Of a stretch of DNA of 64,000 bases, positions 13,383 to 25,074 are shown one piece after another. This DNA comes from Eledone cirrhosa (lineage: Eukaryota). A program made the translations under genes and the position numbers. The stretch is from the NCBI GenBank assembly GCA_964016885.1, contig OZ024742.1, forward strand, positions 261,020,001-261,084,000. The letters run 5' to 3'. The notes below the pieces were generated by a model that saw nothing but the letters and a program-made list of their open reading frames with translations, was not told the DNA's origin and ran no database searches. The stretch's first letter is position 1. Every line of letters begins with the position of its first letter.

Positions 13383-13742
13383 TGTACAGCCACCGGAAAT
13401 AACATCTGTGAAATATACAGTGCCACCTACCTGTTAGCTAGCTACCTCACCGTGAAACAAAACAACCCTTAGAAGCTACTAGAATAAACGCCTACACAGC
13501 GGCTAAACATCAAACGATTATTTCTGTATAAATAGAGTGGTTCCAAACACTTCGCCAGTCGACATTTGGCAGAGTCAACCCGCGTATCGTTGTCCCTCGC
13601 CTCTGCCACGCTTTGTCACTCACACACGCCTTGTACCTTGTATCGTCGCTTCATGTGAAAATAAATAGCTGATCGAATTTACATCTCGCCTTGCTTCGTC
13701 CTTTCAACTTGTGCTTTCGTCTGTCCATCCTCACCGGTGACA
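13383..13742 (+). mobile_element. Gypsy 3' LTR
   Basis: PPT ctggcagggggctaa, then TG...CA; TATAAATA at ~13527 and AATAAA at ~13660. Confidence 0.8.
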
Positions 13743-13878
13743 ACAGTTCTTTTAAGGGCTACCTTCAGATCTGATCAGACCGTATGCGACAACAGTTCTT
13801 TTAAGGGCTATCTTCAGATCTGATCAGACCGTATGCGATAACAGTCCTTCTCAGGGCTGTTCTCAGATCTGATCAGAA
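13740..13878. repeat. 49-bp tandem repeat, about 3 copies
   Basis: acaacagttcttttaagggctaYcttcagatctgatcagaccgtatgcg. Confidence 0.85.
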
Positions 13879-14133
13879 GTAGTGACCAGACTGACTAACC
13901 ACGTTGCTACACATCCATAAGCTCGGTTGGTCTTGTTCGGGGACCTAGTGGGATCATTTGGAAACAGCTGTGTCTGATAGGACCCTCTGGATAGCATGTC
14001 TGAGGACTCTGCCTCCACAATTCCCTCAGGAATATATGTGGGTAGAAGGTATATATATATACAAGCGTGCTGTTTATCTACTGGATGCACGTCCATGGCC
14101 ACCGGCCATAACACAATGATTGCATAACTGCAT

Positions 14134-14208
<75 letters not shown>

Positions 14209-14228
14209 CAGTGACTGCTTGTTGCCAG

Positions 14229-14276
<48 letters not shown>

Positions 14277-14428
14277 AATAGGGAGACACAAAGCAAGCTT
14301 CATTAAGAAACGGCTAGCGAATTTGAAAATTATGTAGTAACATGTGCTTACGCCATATTTGACTAAATAGAATCAGTCTGTTAGTTGGGATTTTAAACAA
14401 CTCTCTGAATGGAAAAAAGGATGAGTAT

Positions 14429-14499
14429 TGATGTTCATGGGACACGAACCAACATCTTTGGTTTGCCGGACCAATGTGTTACCATTACACCAACACGCC
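14429..14499 (-). tRNA. tRNA-like cloverleaf (anticodon GGC), repeat-embedded
   Basis: reverse-complement copy of 14951-15020. Confidence 0.6.
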
Positions 14500-14950
14500 A
14501 CCCATGCTTTGTTCCATTCAATTAAAAGCTATGTAACCATAGCAGATATTTATATGTATATAAATAGGGAGACACAAAGCAGGGTTTTTTTTACAAACTG
14601 CTAGCGAATTTGAAAATTATGTAGTAACATGTGCTTATGCCGTATTTGACTAAATAGAATCAGTCAGTTAGTTGGGATTTTAAAAAACCCTCTGAATGGC
14701 AAACCAAAGACGTGGATTTGTGTCCGTGTACGTCAATACTCATCCTTTTTTCCATTTAGAGGTTTTTTTTAAAAATCCCAGCTAACAGACTGATTCTATT
14801 TAGTCAAATATGGCGTAAGCACATGTTACTACATAATTTTCAAATTCGCTAGCCGTTTCTTAATGAAGCTTGCTTTGTGTCTCCCTATTTATATATATAT
14901 ATACCTGCTTCAGTTACATAGCTTCTAATTGAATGCAACGAAGCATGGGT

Positions 14951-15020
14951 GGCGTGTTGGTGTAATGGTAACACATTGGTCCGGCAAACCAAAGATATGG
15001 GTTCGTTCCCATGTACGTCA
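14951..15020 (+). tRNA. tRNA-like cloverleaf (anticodon GGC), repeat-embedded
   Basis: acceptor GGCGTGT/GTACGTC, D stem GTGT/ACAC, anticodon arm TTGGT-CCGGCAA-ACCAA, T arm ATGGG-TTCGTT-CCCAT; A and B boxes; T-run follows. Confidence 0.65.
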
Positions 15021-15119
15021 ATCTTTTTTCCATTCAGTGGGTTTTTTAAAATCTAACTAACAGACTAATTCTATTTAGTCAAATACGGAATAAGCACATG
15101 TTACTACCTAATACATATA

Positions 15120-16732
15120 TCTTCTTCTTTGCCCACTTATTCCTGTGAGAGTCATGGTGGAAGAGTCCTCGAACACTACTTCCAGCAGGTTTTGTTGGAA
15201 GCAACCTTCTCCAACTGATCCGGCTGGATCCGCAAGCAAGACAAGCCAAGCTCATGGATGTTATCCAACCATCTTGCTCAGGGTCCCCCACCTGGGTCTC
15301 CTGCCAGTTGGTTTTGCTCGTAAAATTTGTCCAACGATTCTTTTCCGAGACATTCTAAGCAGATGCTCATAGTATCGGAGCTGTGATCTCTCAATTTCGA
15401 TAAGTACTGGCTCTACATGGTGTGATTTTCTGATCCCTGAGCTATGCACGCTATCGAGAAACATTACTCCAAAGACCCTTCAGAGGAAACCCATTTTGGC
15501 AGTTTGTATTCACGATCATATTCTTTCGGTCATTACCCAAGATTCATGACTATAGTTAAGGATTGATATGAATACCAAATTGCAGATAGCTAGTTTGGCT
15601 TTTATACCTACCTCCATTCTTCTGATTACTGAATACTGAAGCTGGCACATTACTGCACCAGCTCCTGCAATTTTTGTACTTAATTCAGCCCCCTCATGAA
15701 CATGGCCTCAAGATATGTGAACTTCTCTACCTGCTTCAGTGGAAGTCCATTTACATGAAGTGTGCACTGCACAGGCTTCTTTGAGAAGACAAACGTCTCA
15801 GTTTTTACAGCACTGATTTTCATTCCAGCCATGCAGCACTCGGCATCAAACCTATCGAGTGCATGTCGGAGATCACCTTCTGTCAATTTAAGTAACACAA
15901 TGTCATCTACAAATTCCAGCCGACTGATTCATGATACAATTTCCAACCCAGCTGTGCATGTCAATCCTGCTCAAGTAAATAATGAACAGGAGAGGTGACA
16001 GTACGCACCATTGGCGGATCCGACTCCCACATTGAATGGTTTTGATTTAGCACCATTTATTCGAACACAAATACTTGGGTAAGGAGCTGACCATCAATCT
16101 CATATTCCTGCAGAATCTTCCACAGCAGGTACCAAGGAACGCAATCATATGTCTTTTCAAGGTCGACAAAACAAGAATATGCCTCTTGGCAATACTCCCA
16201 CAATTTTTCAAAGACCTGTTGTAATGTGAATATTTGGTCGGCTGTGCTGCATCCGGGGTGGAAACTACACTGTTAATCAGCTAGCTTAGACTTGACAATC
16301 TCTGTACACCTCTTTGCCAGGCACTTAGCATAGACTTTACTGGGGAGGCTTAACAAGGAGATCCTTCTCTAATTGGAATAATCTCTCTTGTCTCCCTTTT
16401 TTGAAAATTGGAATTATCATTACTGATTGCCATTGGTTAGGTGCCTTTCCAGAGATCCAGGCACCTGGCACACACAAGTTAGCCAGAGAATACTTCTCTA
16501 TTTAAGGCTTTTAACATCTCGGGCAGGTTTCCATCTTCCCCAGTGGCCTTGCCACATTTAAGCTTTTTAACTGTTCTTGTGACCTTAGACTCTAAGAGAT
16601 TATTCATCACTCCCATATTCACATTGTGTACATCAGAAGATGGTGTTGTGATTGGGCTTAGGAGATCAGCAAAGTATTCCCTCCACCTTGTAAGGATGCA
16701 CCTCTCTGAAGAGAGAACGCCAGACGTGTTCT

Positions 16733-16735
<3 letters not shown>
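15120..16735 (-). mobile_element. degenerate RTE LINE, family A (RT to 3' end)
   Basis: LKQVEKFTYL, IERSQLRYYEHLLRM...GRRPRWG, FVDLEK. Confidence 0.88.
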
Positions 16736-16788
<53 letters not shown>

Positions 16789-16899
16789 CGAAGGAAATGT
16801 GGTAAAGAACCAGAATTAGCCGTCGAAATGGCTTGAGCTCAGCCGTCGGGGTCCTACTCGTTCCTATATATATATATATACAGCTTGGCACCAGTGGCG

Positions 16900-17040
16900 G
16901 CACAATTCATTTCTACAGCTAGTATACTAGGGCAACCTGAAATAAAGTGTTTTGCTCAAGAACACAGAGCAAAGCCCAGTCTGAGAATTGAACTCACAAC
17001 CTCACAATTGTAAGTCCGACGATCTAACCACTAAGCCAAT
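16900..17040 (-). mobile_element. CORE-like tRNA-derived SINE
   Basis: reverse complement: tggcttagtggttag...gagttcaattctcagac...tgtgttcttgagcaaaacactttatttc. Confidence 0.7.
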
Positions 17041-17054
17041 ATATAAATACATAT

Positions 17055-19900
17055 ATTGGCTTCAAATTACTAGAATTCTGCGACGCAAATGACCTATCTA
17101 TCTATAACATGAACTTCAGAAAAGTCGAAAGCCACCTAATCACATATAGATCAGGTGACTTCACCAGCCAAATTGATTTCATTGTTACTAGAAGACGAGA
17201 CAGAGTGACTGTTTGGAACACAAAGTCCCTCCCCAGTGAATAATGCACCTCCCAAAATAACTTAGTAGTTAGCAGTCTTATAGTCAGGGCTGGAAGAAGT
17301 CGACAACAGAAGCCAACCTGGAGGAGACAAGTATAGAAGTTAAAAGACCCATCAAGCAGTAACAAATTTAGAAGTATGTTGACTGACACCTTCAACAGCA
17401 AGGAAGAGCAAATAGAGACATATGATATAGAGGAGCAGTGGGAGTTCCTAAAAGATAACTTACTGAAGGCGACAGATAAAATCTGTGGTTGGAGTAGGTC
17501 TCTAGGGAGTTGGAGAGGGACTCGGTGGTGGAATAGTAAAGTAGATGAGACAATTAAGGCCAAAAGACAGGCTTTGAAAGATTGGCATAATGAGGGTAGC
17601 AGAGAAGTTTACCAGAAGGCTAGAAGAAAAGCTAGACAACAAGTTTACCTCGCGAGAAGGGAAGCAGAAAAGAAAAAATTTATGTATGTTTTGCAGTGTG
17701 AGGATCAAAAGCGTGTGAGGTGCTCAGGATTGCTAGACAGTGTGTCAGGGAAAATTGTGATGTCGGTGGGGAGAAGTGTGTCCAAAATGATTTTCGCAAA
17801 CTTGCCCTCACTGATGCTGAAAAGAAGGTAGCATGGAAGTGCCATTATGAAAAATTATTGAATGAGGAGAATGCATGAGATAAAGACAGTCTGTCACACA
17901 TCGACCCAACAGAGGTACCGGCTGTACAAGTTAGCAGTAGTATAGTAAGTAAGGCAATCAAGGATATGAAATCAGGCAGGGCAGCTGGTCCCTCAGGGAT
18001 AGTTACTGAGATGCTGAAAACTTCATGTATGATGGGCCACACCATAGTTTCCCACATTGTAAACCAAATTATACAAAATGGTGTCATACCCAATGACTGG
18101 TGTAGCATCATCATGGTAAACTGCTTCAAGGGCAAAGGAGATGCTCTAGATAGAGAAAACTATTGAGGCATTAAGATGGTTGACCAGGTTATGAAGGTCA
18201 CTGAAAGAGTCATAGCTTAGCTGATTAGAGAACGTGTTAACATAGATGAGATGCAGTTTGGATTTGTCCCAAGTAAGAGTACCACAGATGCCCTCTTCCT
18301 TGTAAGACAACTGCAGGAGAAGTACCTAGCTAAGAGTAAGCCCCTCTACTTGGCTTTTGTCAACCTTGAGAAAGCTTTTGACAGAGTCCCCTGTTCCATT
18401 ATCTGGTGCGCTCTTAGGAAACTAGGAGTTGATGAATGGCTTGTGAGGGCAGTTCAAGCAATGTATACAAGAACATCCAGCAAGGTCAGAATTAACAATG
18501 ACTATAGCGAAGAATTTAGCATGCTGGTTGGTGTCCAACAGGGCTCCGTTCTTAGCCCTCTCCTGTTTATTATCGCTCTGCAGGCAATAACAGAGGAGTT
18601 TAAGATCGACTGCCCATGGGAACTTATGTATGCTGATGACCTAACCCTTATAGCCGAATCAATAGCTGAACTATAGATGAAATTCCAAACCTGGAAGCAA
18701 GGCCTAGAATCTAAAGGTCTTAAAGTCAATCTGGCAAAAACTAAAGTCCTAGTAAGTAGAAGTGTGCAGAAAAGGAATAGGTAGAAATTCCATTCTATGT
18801 ACCAAATGCAAGCAATGGGTACACAAGAGATGTAGTGGAATCTCAGGCTAACAAAGAATGTAGGTTTTACTTGTGGCCGGTGCACAGGGACAGTAAGTAG
18901 CAAGAACCCTCAGGATACAATCTCCTTCAAATGCTCAGAGGGCTCAGTTGAAGTGATAGATAGTTTCTGTTACTTGGGAGACCAAATCAGTAGTGGGGGA
19001 GGGTGTTCTGAAAGCACAGTGACCAGAGTGAGATCGGGTTAGAGAAAGTTCAAGGAGCTACTACCGTCATTAACTTCAAAAGGTTTTTCCCTCAAAATGA
19101 AAGGCAGACTGTATGATGCATGTATACGAATAGCAATGTTGCACAGCACTGTGTGTTGAGGACCTGTAAAGATTGGAAAGAAATGAAGCCGTTATTCTTT
19201 GTTTGGTGTGCAATAGCAATATATGTGAACGGCAAAGTATAAATGTACTGCGTGAGAAATTAAGCATAAGAGGGTTCAGTTGCTGTGTGCAGGAGAGAAG
19301 ATTGTGTTGGTATGGACATGTGATGTGTATGAAAGATTACAGGTGTATAAAAAGGTGCAGAGTGCTCAAAGTCGATGGTAGCCGTGGTGTGGACAGGCCT
19401 TAGAAGACTTGGGATGAGGTAATAAAAGCTGACCTTGCACAATTACACCTCTCAAAGGCAATGACACAGGAACGCGACCTATGGTGCAATGCAGTATTAC
19501 AGAAGACCCACCTTCTATTATTCTCAGGCTGAGGCTTATACCTAGTAGGCAACACCTTCCTCAACCTTCTGCCCTCTGATACACCTCCCTTTGCGGTAAT
19601 CATCCCTCCCCTATTATCTGTGTCTGCAATTTACCCAAGCCCCCCCCCCCCCGTTCCCAAGCAAAAGTGCCCAGTCCCCACTGTAATGTGGTCGTGTAGG
19701 TGGCATGACAAAAAAGTACCCAGCACACACTGTAAATGTGGTTGGCAGTAGGAAGGGCACCCAGCCGTAGAAACGAAGCCAAAATCTGCCCTGGGTGAGC
19801 TAAACATGGTCCTCTGACCTGATTTTCTCCCTAAGGGTCAATTCGTCCTACCCATGCTAGTGTGGAAGATGGACATTAAACGACAATGCTGATGATATAT
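17055..19900 (+). mobile_element. degenerate RTE LINE, family B (APE C-terminus, RT, 3' UTR)
   Basis: QIDF, RWWN, QFGFVP, VQQGSVLSPLLF, YADDL; (GAT)n-like tail; several stops. Confidence 0.92.
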
Positions 19901-19929
19901 ATGTGTATATATATGTATGATATATGTAT

Positions 19930-19931
19930 AT

Positions 19932-19964
<33 letters not shown>

Positions 19965-21900
19965 GTTTAACGTCCATCTTCCACGCTTGCATGGGTTTGG
20001 ACGGGAGTTTTCCCACTTGAGGCAAGATTGGTTGTCCTGCTCATATAGGACTGTCTGGCGGGTTTTCTATGGCTGGATGCTCTTTCTAACACCAACCACG
20101 TTTACAGTGTGGACTGGGAGGTTTTTACCGTGTTACCTACACAGCCACATTACAGCGTGGACTGTGTGTTTTTTTGTTGTGACACCTACACGACCTCATT
20201 TGTTTCGGACTGCTTGTTGTGGTAACAACATAACTTCACATTGAAGGGGGGGAGTAGTGGGACAGGGGTGTATTTTTGTTAGAGGTGCCTACTGACAGTA
20301 GGTTTCGCTCTGTACTTAGGCAAGGCGGGTCTTCTGTATTACTGTGTAGCGCCAAAGATCTCGGTCCAGTGACATTGTCTTCGAGAGGTGTAAGTGTGTG
20401 AGGTCGGAATTTATCAAGTCGTCCCAGGTTTTTCTGGGTCTGCCTACTCCGTGGCTACGGTCTATTTTTATCGCCCTGCACTTTTTTATACAGCTGTCGT
20501 CTTTCATGCGCATCACGTGACCATACCAACGTAGTCTTCTCTCGAGTAAACAACATCTCATCCCTCTTATTCCTAATTTCTCCCTTAGTTCGTTTATGCT
20601 TTGCCGTTCACGTATATTACTATTACACATCCAGCGGAGTATGCAAGCTTCGTTCCTCTCTAGTCTGCATATATCCTCTGCACCCAATGCCCAGGTCTCA
20701 CTGCCATGTAACATTGCTGTTCGTATGCAGGCATCATACAGCCTGCCTTTCATTTTTAGAGAGAACCCTTTAGCGGCCAATAGTGGTATAAGCTCTCTGA
20801 ACTTTTTCCATCCCGTTCTGACTCTAGCTACTGTACTTTCAGAGCACCCTCCCCCACTGCTGATTTTGTCACCCAGGTAACGGAAGGCATCCACTATTTC
20901 TATAGAACCATCTGTGCAATGGAATGAGCTAGTATTCTGTGGGCACTTGCTGCTAGTTATTGCACCAGAGCACCGGCCACATGTAAAATCTATATTCTTA
21001 GTTAGCTTACCTGTGATCCCACTACATCTTTTATGTACCCATACTTTGCATTTGGGACATAAAATGGAGTTTCTGCCTACTCCTTTCCTACACACTGAGC
21101 ATGGCCATTTCCCAGATGGGACTGGTGCCCTATTTTCCTTCCTACAAACTAGAACTTTAGTCTTAGACAAGTTAACTTTAAGGCCTTTTGATTCTAGGCC
21201 ATGTTTCCATGTTTGGAATTTCTTCTCTAGTTTAGCCATTGATTCAGCTATGAGCGTTAGATCATCTGCATATAGTTCCCATAGGCAGCCAGTCTTGAAC
21301 TCCACTGTTATAGCCTGAAGGGCAATAATAAATAGTAGGGAGCTAAGAACGGAGCCCTGATGAACACCAACTTTTACGCTAAACTCTTCACTATATTCGT
21401 TGTTAATTCTAACCTTGCTGACTGTTTCTTTATACATGGGTTGTATAGCTCTCACAAGCCATTCATCAACACCTAGTTTTCTAAGAGCCCACCAGATAAT
21501 GGAGCGGGGGACTCTGTCAAAGGCTTTCTCCAAGTCAACAAAAACTAAGTATAGGGGTTTACTTTTAGTTAGGTACTTCTCCTGTAGTTGTTGTACAATG
21601 AAAAGAGCGTCTGTGGTACTTTTACCTGACACAAACCCGAAATGCATTTCATCTAGATCAATTCGTTCTCTGATTAGTTGCACTATTACTTTTTCTGTGA
21701 CCTTCATGACCTGGTCAATTAATTTAATGCCTCTATAGTTACCCCTATCTTAGGCATCTCCTTTACTCTTGTAGCATTTAATGATGATGCTGCTACGCCA
21801 GTCCTTCGGAACGGCCCCATTCTGTATGACTTGGTTTACTATCCGGGTGACCATAGTGTGTCCCACCGTTCCAAATGCTTTCAGCATTTCAGCAACTATT
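19930..21900 (-). mobile_element. 5'-truncated RTE LINE, family B (463-aa ORF 20316-21707)
   Basis: FVDLEKAFD, HQGSVLS, LYADDL, Cys-rich PHD-like insert, (GAT)n tail at ~19932-19965. Confidence 0.95.
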
Positions 21901-22274
21901 TCCAAATATATGGTATATGTATAGGTAAATGTATATGTATAGTATATGTATGTACATGCAAATATATATGTATATATATATATATATTATGTTGGTACAG
22001 CAAAATATCCAGCCCTCACTGTAAAGTGGTCGTGTAGGTGTCATGGCAAAAAGAACCCAGCCCACACTGTAAAGTGTTTGTGTAAAAAGCAAGGCAAAAA
22101 GCACTCAGCACACACTGTAAATGTGGTTGACATTAAGAAGGGGATCCAGCCGTAGAAAACCAGCCCAAAACAGGCCTATATGAGCGAGACACGGTCACCC
22201 GACCCAACTTGCCTCTAAATGGGACAAATCCATCTAAGCAATGCTTAGATGTTAAATGATGATGATGATGATGA

Positions 22275-22575
22275 TGGCTTAGGGGTTAGGGTGTGAGTTT
22301 GATTCTTGGACCGGGCTTTGCATTGTGTTCTTGAGCAAAACCCTTTATTTCAGGTTGCCCCAGTTTACCCAGCTGTAGAAATCAGTTGTGACGTCACTGG
22401 TGCCAAGCTGTATCGGTCTTTGCCTTTCCCTTGGGCAACATCAGTGGCGTGGATAGGGGAGACTGGTATGCATGGGCGACTGCTGGTCTTCTAGAAACCT
22501 TACCCGGACTTGTGCCTCAGAGGGGAACTTTCTAGGTGCAAATTCCATGGTCATTCGTGACCGAAGGGGGGGGGG
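22275..22575 (+). mobile_element. CORE-like SINE
   Basis: tgtgttcttgagcaaaaccctttatttcaggttgccccagtttacccagctgtagaaa; similar copy at 32375-32520. Confidence 0.7.
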
Positions 22576-24002
22576 ATCTTTATCCTTTATATATAGTATA
22601 TATGATATATATATATATATATATTCAAAAACATTATTTAATGTCTATATATTATTGAAATGCTTAGAGGTTGTAAAGTCAATTTAACAAATACAAACAT
22701 ATGTTTGAGGAGAGAGACATAAACTGCTACTTATCATGGCAAAAAATAAATAATTTCTATATCTAATTAGGAGGCACTACAAAAACACACTGAAATGCTA
22801 AAGAGCTAAAATATCACAGCTGTGCCAAAACTAAAACTTAAATGTTAAGTGCTACTAAAAATGTACCCAATCTGGTGCATTTTGCTCTAAATTGGCAACA
22901 CTGATCATAAGGACTAAGCTGTGTGTATCGAGTTTAGAATTAGTAGATCGTATCCCTGCTTGTCTATTTATCAAAGATGTTCCAACTATTATTTAGACAG
23001 TGCATCCAAAGACCAATGGGGTGTAATTAATTAAGTGTACATGTTTTCTGTTGTTTTTTTCTTTCCCCCCTTTTCTCTGATTAATTTCTATTGGTTTGTT
23101 TCTTTTGTAAATCATTTTCACCATATAAGTTGTTTATATGTAAATAAAATTGTACCTGTATTTCCATTTTTAATGCAATCTAGCTGCTACTTTTAGCTGG
23201 TCAAATGGTAGTGTCAAATCCTCTAGACATATTGTTTAGTCCCATGTCAACCCTAATCAAGGAGATCTATAATCAGAGACATTCTAGTCGTGGCAAACAC
23301 CGTCTTTTTTCTATGTAGAGGGAACCAAGATCAACATTAGTCAAAATGTTTATTTAAAAAATTTTGGTAGGGTGTAATTTGAAGATGTGACTGCTATTTC
23401 TAGCAAATTGATAATTAGATAGAGGCTCCCTGATTTTGCTCGTTCTTGTAGCAATTGTTGTTGTTAGGTGTGATAGTTGTTGTTAGGTGTGATTGTACAT
23501 GTAGAAGAAACTAAGTTTGAGATTGTTTATATTGAGTGTTTATGTTTCGTTGAGGTACTGTTCGCTATTGTAATACTTTTATTTGGGTATAATCCCCTAA
23601 AGGTAAGTTTTGCATTACTTTATTTAGGTATGAAAGATAATTTATTCAACATGCAAATGTATGTATTAAAAAAAAAGAGAAAAGAAAAAATTTGGGGGAG
23701 GGTAAAGTCGATTAAATCTGGCACTTTATTTTATCGACCCCGTAAGGATGAAAGGCAAAGCTAACCTCAGCGGGATTTGAAATCAGAACGCAAAGGGCTA
23801 TAACTCTATGCCGCGAAGCATGTTGTTCAATGCTCTATCGATACTACCAATAACTGATCGAACGAATGTTGTGTTGATGTTGCTGAATTTAATATTCAGA
23901 TATTACGGGGAATCCCATTTACGCTCACCTATCTGGCTTTTAATAATTGTTTCTACGTTAGGCACATGGTCGTAGTAGTATCCCTGTCTCTCTAGTCGGT
24001 AA

Positions 24003-24010
24003 TGACGTCA
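24003..24010 (+). promoter_or_regulatory. CRE site (TGACGTCA) in a probable promoter
   Basis: perfect palindrome ~190 bp upstream of a candidate first-exon ATG. Confidence 0.4.
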
Positions 24011-24195
24011 CTTTTTAGAACATCATTCATCACCATCACTCACTCTCGTTCTCTTCTCTTCTCTCTCTCTCTCCTGTCATGACACACAAACAAAGACTCT
24101 CTTCCCACACTCACAGCTACTCTCTCTCTTTATACACACAGTCACTCTTTTTTTTTTTCCAACGCAAACACAGTCTCGCTGTAATATAAATAACT

Positions 24196-24256
24196 ATGGA
24201 TAGCGAAGAGGAAACTCTTAGTCTCGGACTTTCCGACATTATCATAAATACTCCAG
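24196..24256 (+). CDS. candidate first coding exon of an unknown host gene
   Basis: MDSEEETLSLGLSDIIINTP, CCAG|gtaagg donor, phase 1 compatible with the exon at 51709. Confidence 0.6.
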
Positions 24257-24399
24257 GTAAGGGAAACATATATCGTTTTTTCTTCGCTGTTTTATTTCTT
24301 CCACCTCTTCAAGACTTACTATTACAGCCTCACACACTTGTACCTTTACTGAAAGACAGTTTTCGCAGCTTCCGTTTACCAAACTTTACTCATACACAC

Positions 24400-24477
<78 letters not shown>

Positions 24478-24790
24478 GTGTATATATATATATATATATA
24501 TATATTATGAAGGCTAAATAGTGAGTCAAGTTACTCTGGACTTTCGCATGTTTCATCAGAGTAACAAAACTCACTATTTAGCCTTAATAAAATGAATATT
24601 AAAGCTCTACTTCGGTCTTGAGTACTCTTTTCTCTCAGCCGTCAACCACTTAGGGATATATATACATAATATTTGTAAATCGAATTTTAACTGCAGTACA
24701 TACATGTGTTTTGAGGCAATCACAGAGCATTCAATGGATCGAACATTAAAAACAAACATCACGTCCAAAGACACCGTAGTTATAAAATTT

Positions 24791-24827
<37 letters not shown>

Positions 24828-25074
24828 GTATTTATTTTATTCACTGTTGTATAAATAACATTACAAATTGTTCATAATTCTTTCCAAATGAAAATATAAA
24901 CACATAATAAATACAATTAACTATTGCTAGGAAACTCACAAATATAATCGTTTCTACTTTTGGCACAAGGCCACCAATTATCCCAGTGTATTACTGGAAC
25001 TTTATTTTATCGACCTCGGCGGGATTTGAACTCAGATCATAAAGGGCCGTAACCCTTTTCCGCAAAGCATGGCG

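Larger units (their letters stand above)
14270..15105. mobile_element. 286-bp-monomer tandem/inverted element carrying a tRNA-like module
   Basis: gggagacacaaagc repeats at 14281 and 14567; orientation flips at ~14698; (TA)n flank. Confidence 0.8.

Noticed and set aside
14951-15020. Functional tRNA-Ala gene
   Set aside because: C33, irregular T loop, G-U-rich acceptor, atypical anticodon and repeat context; treated as a tRNA-like module
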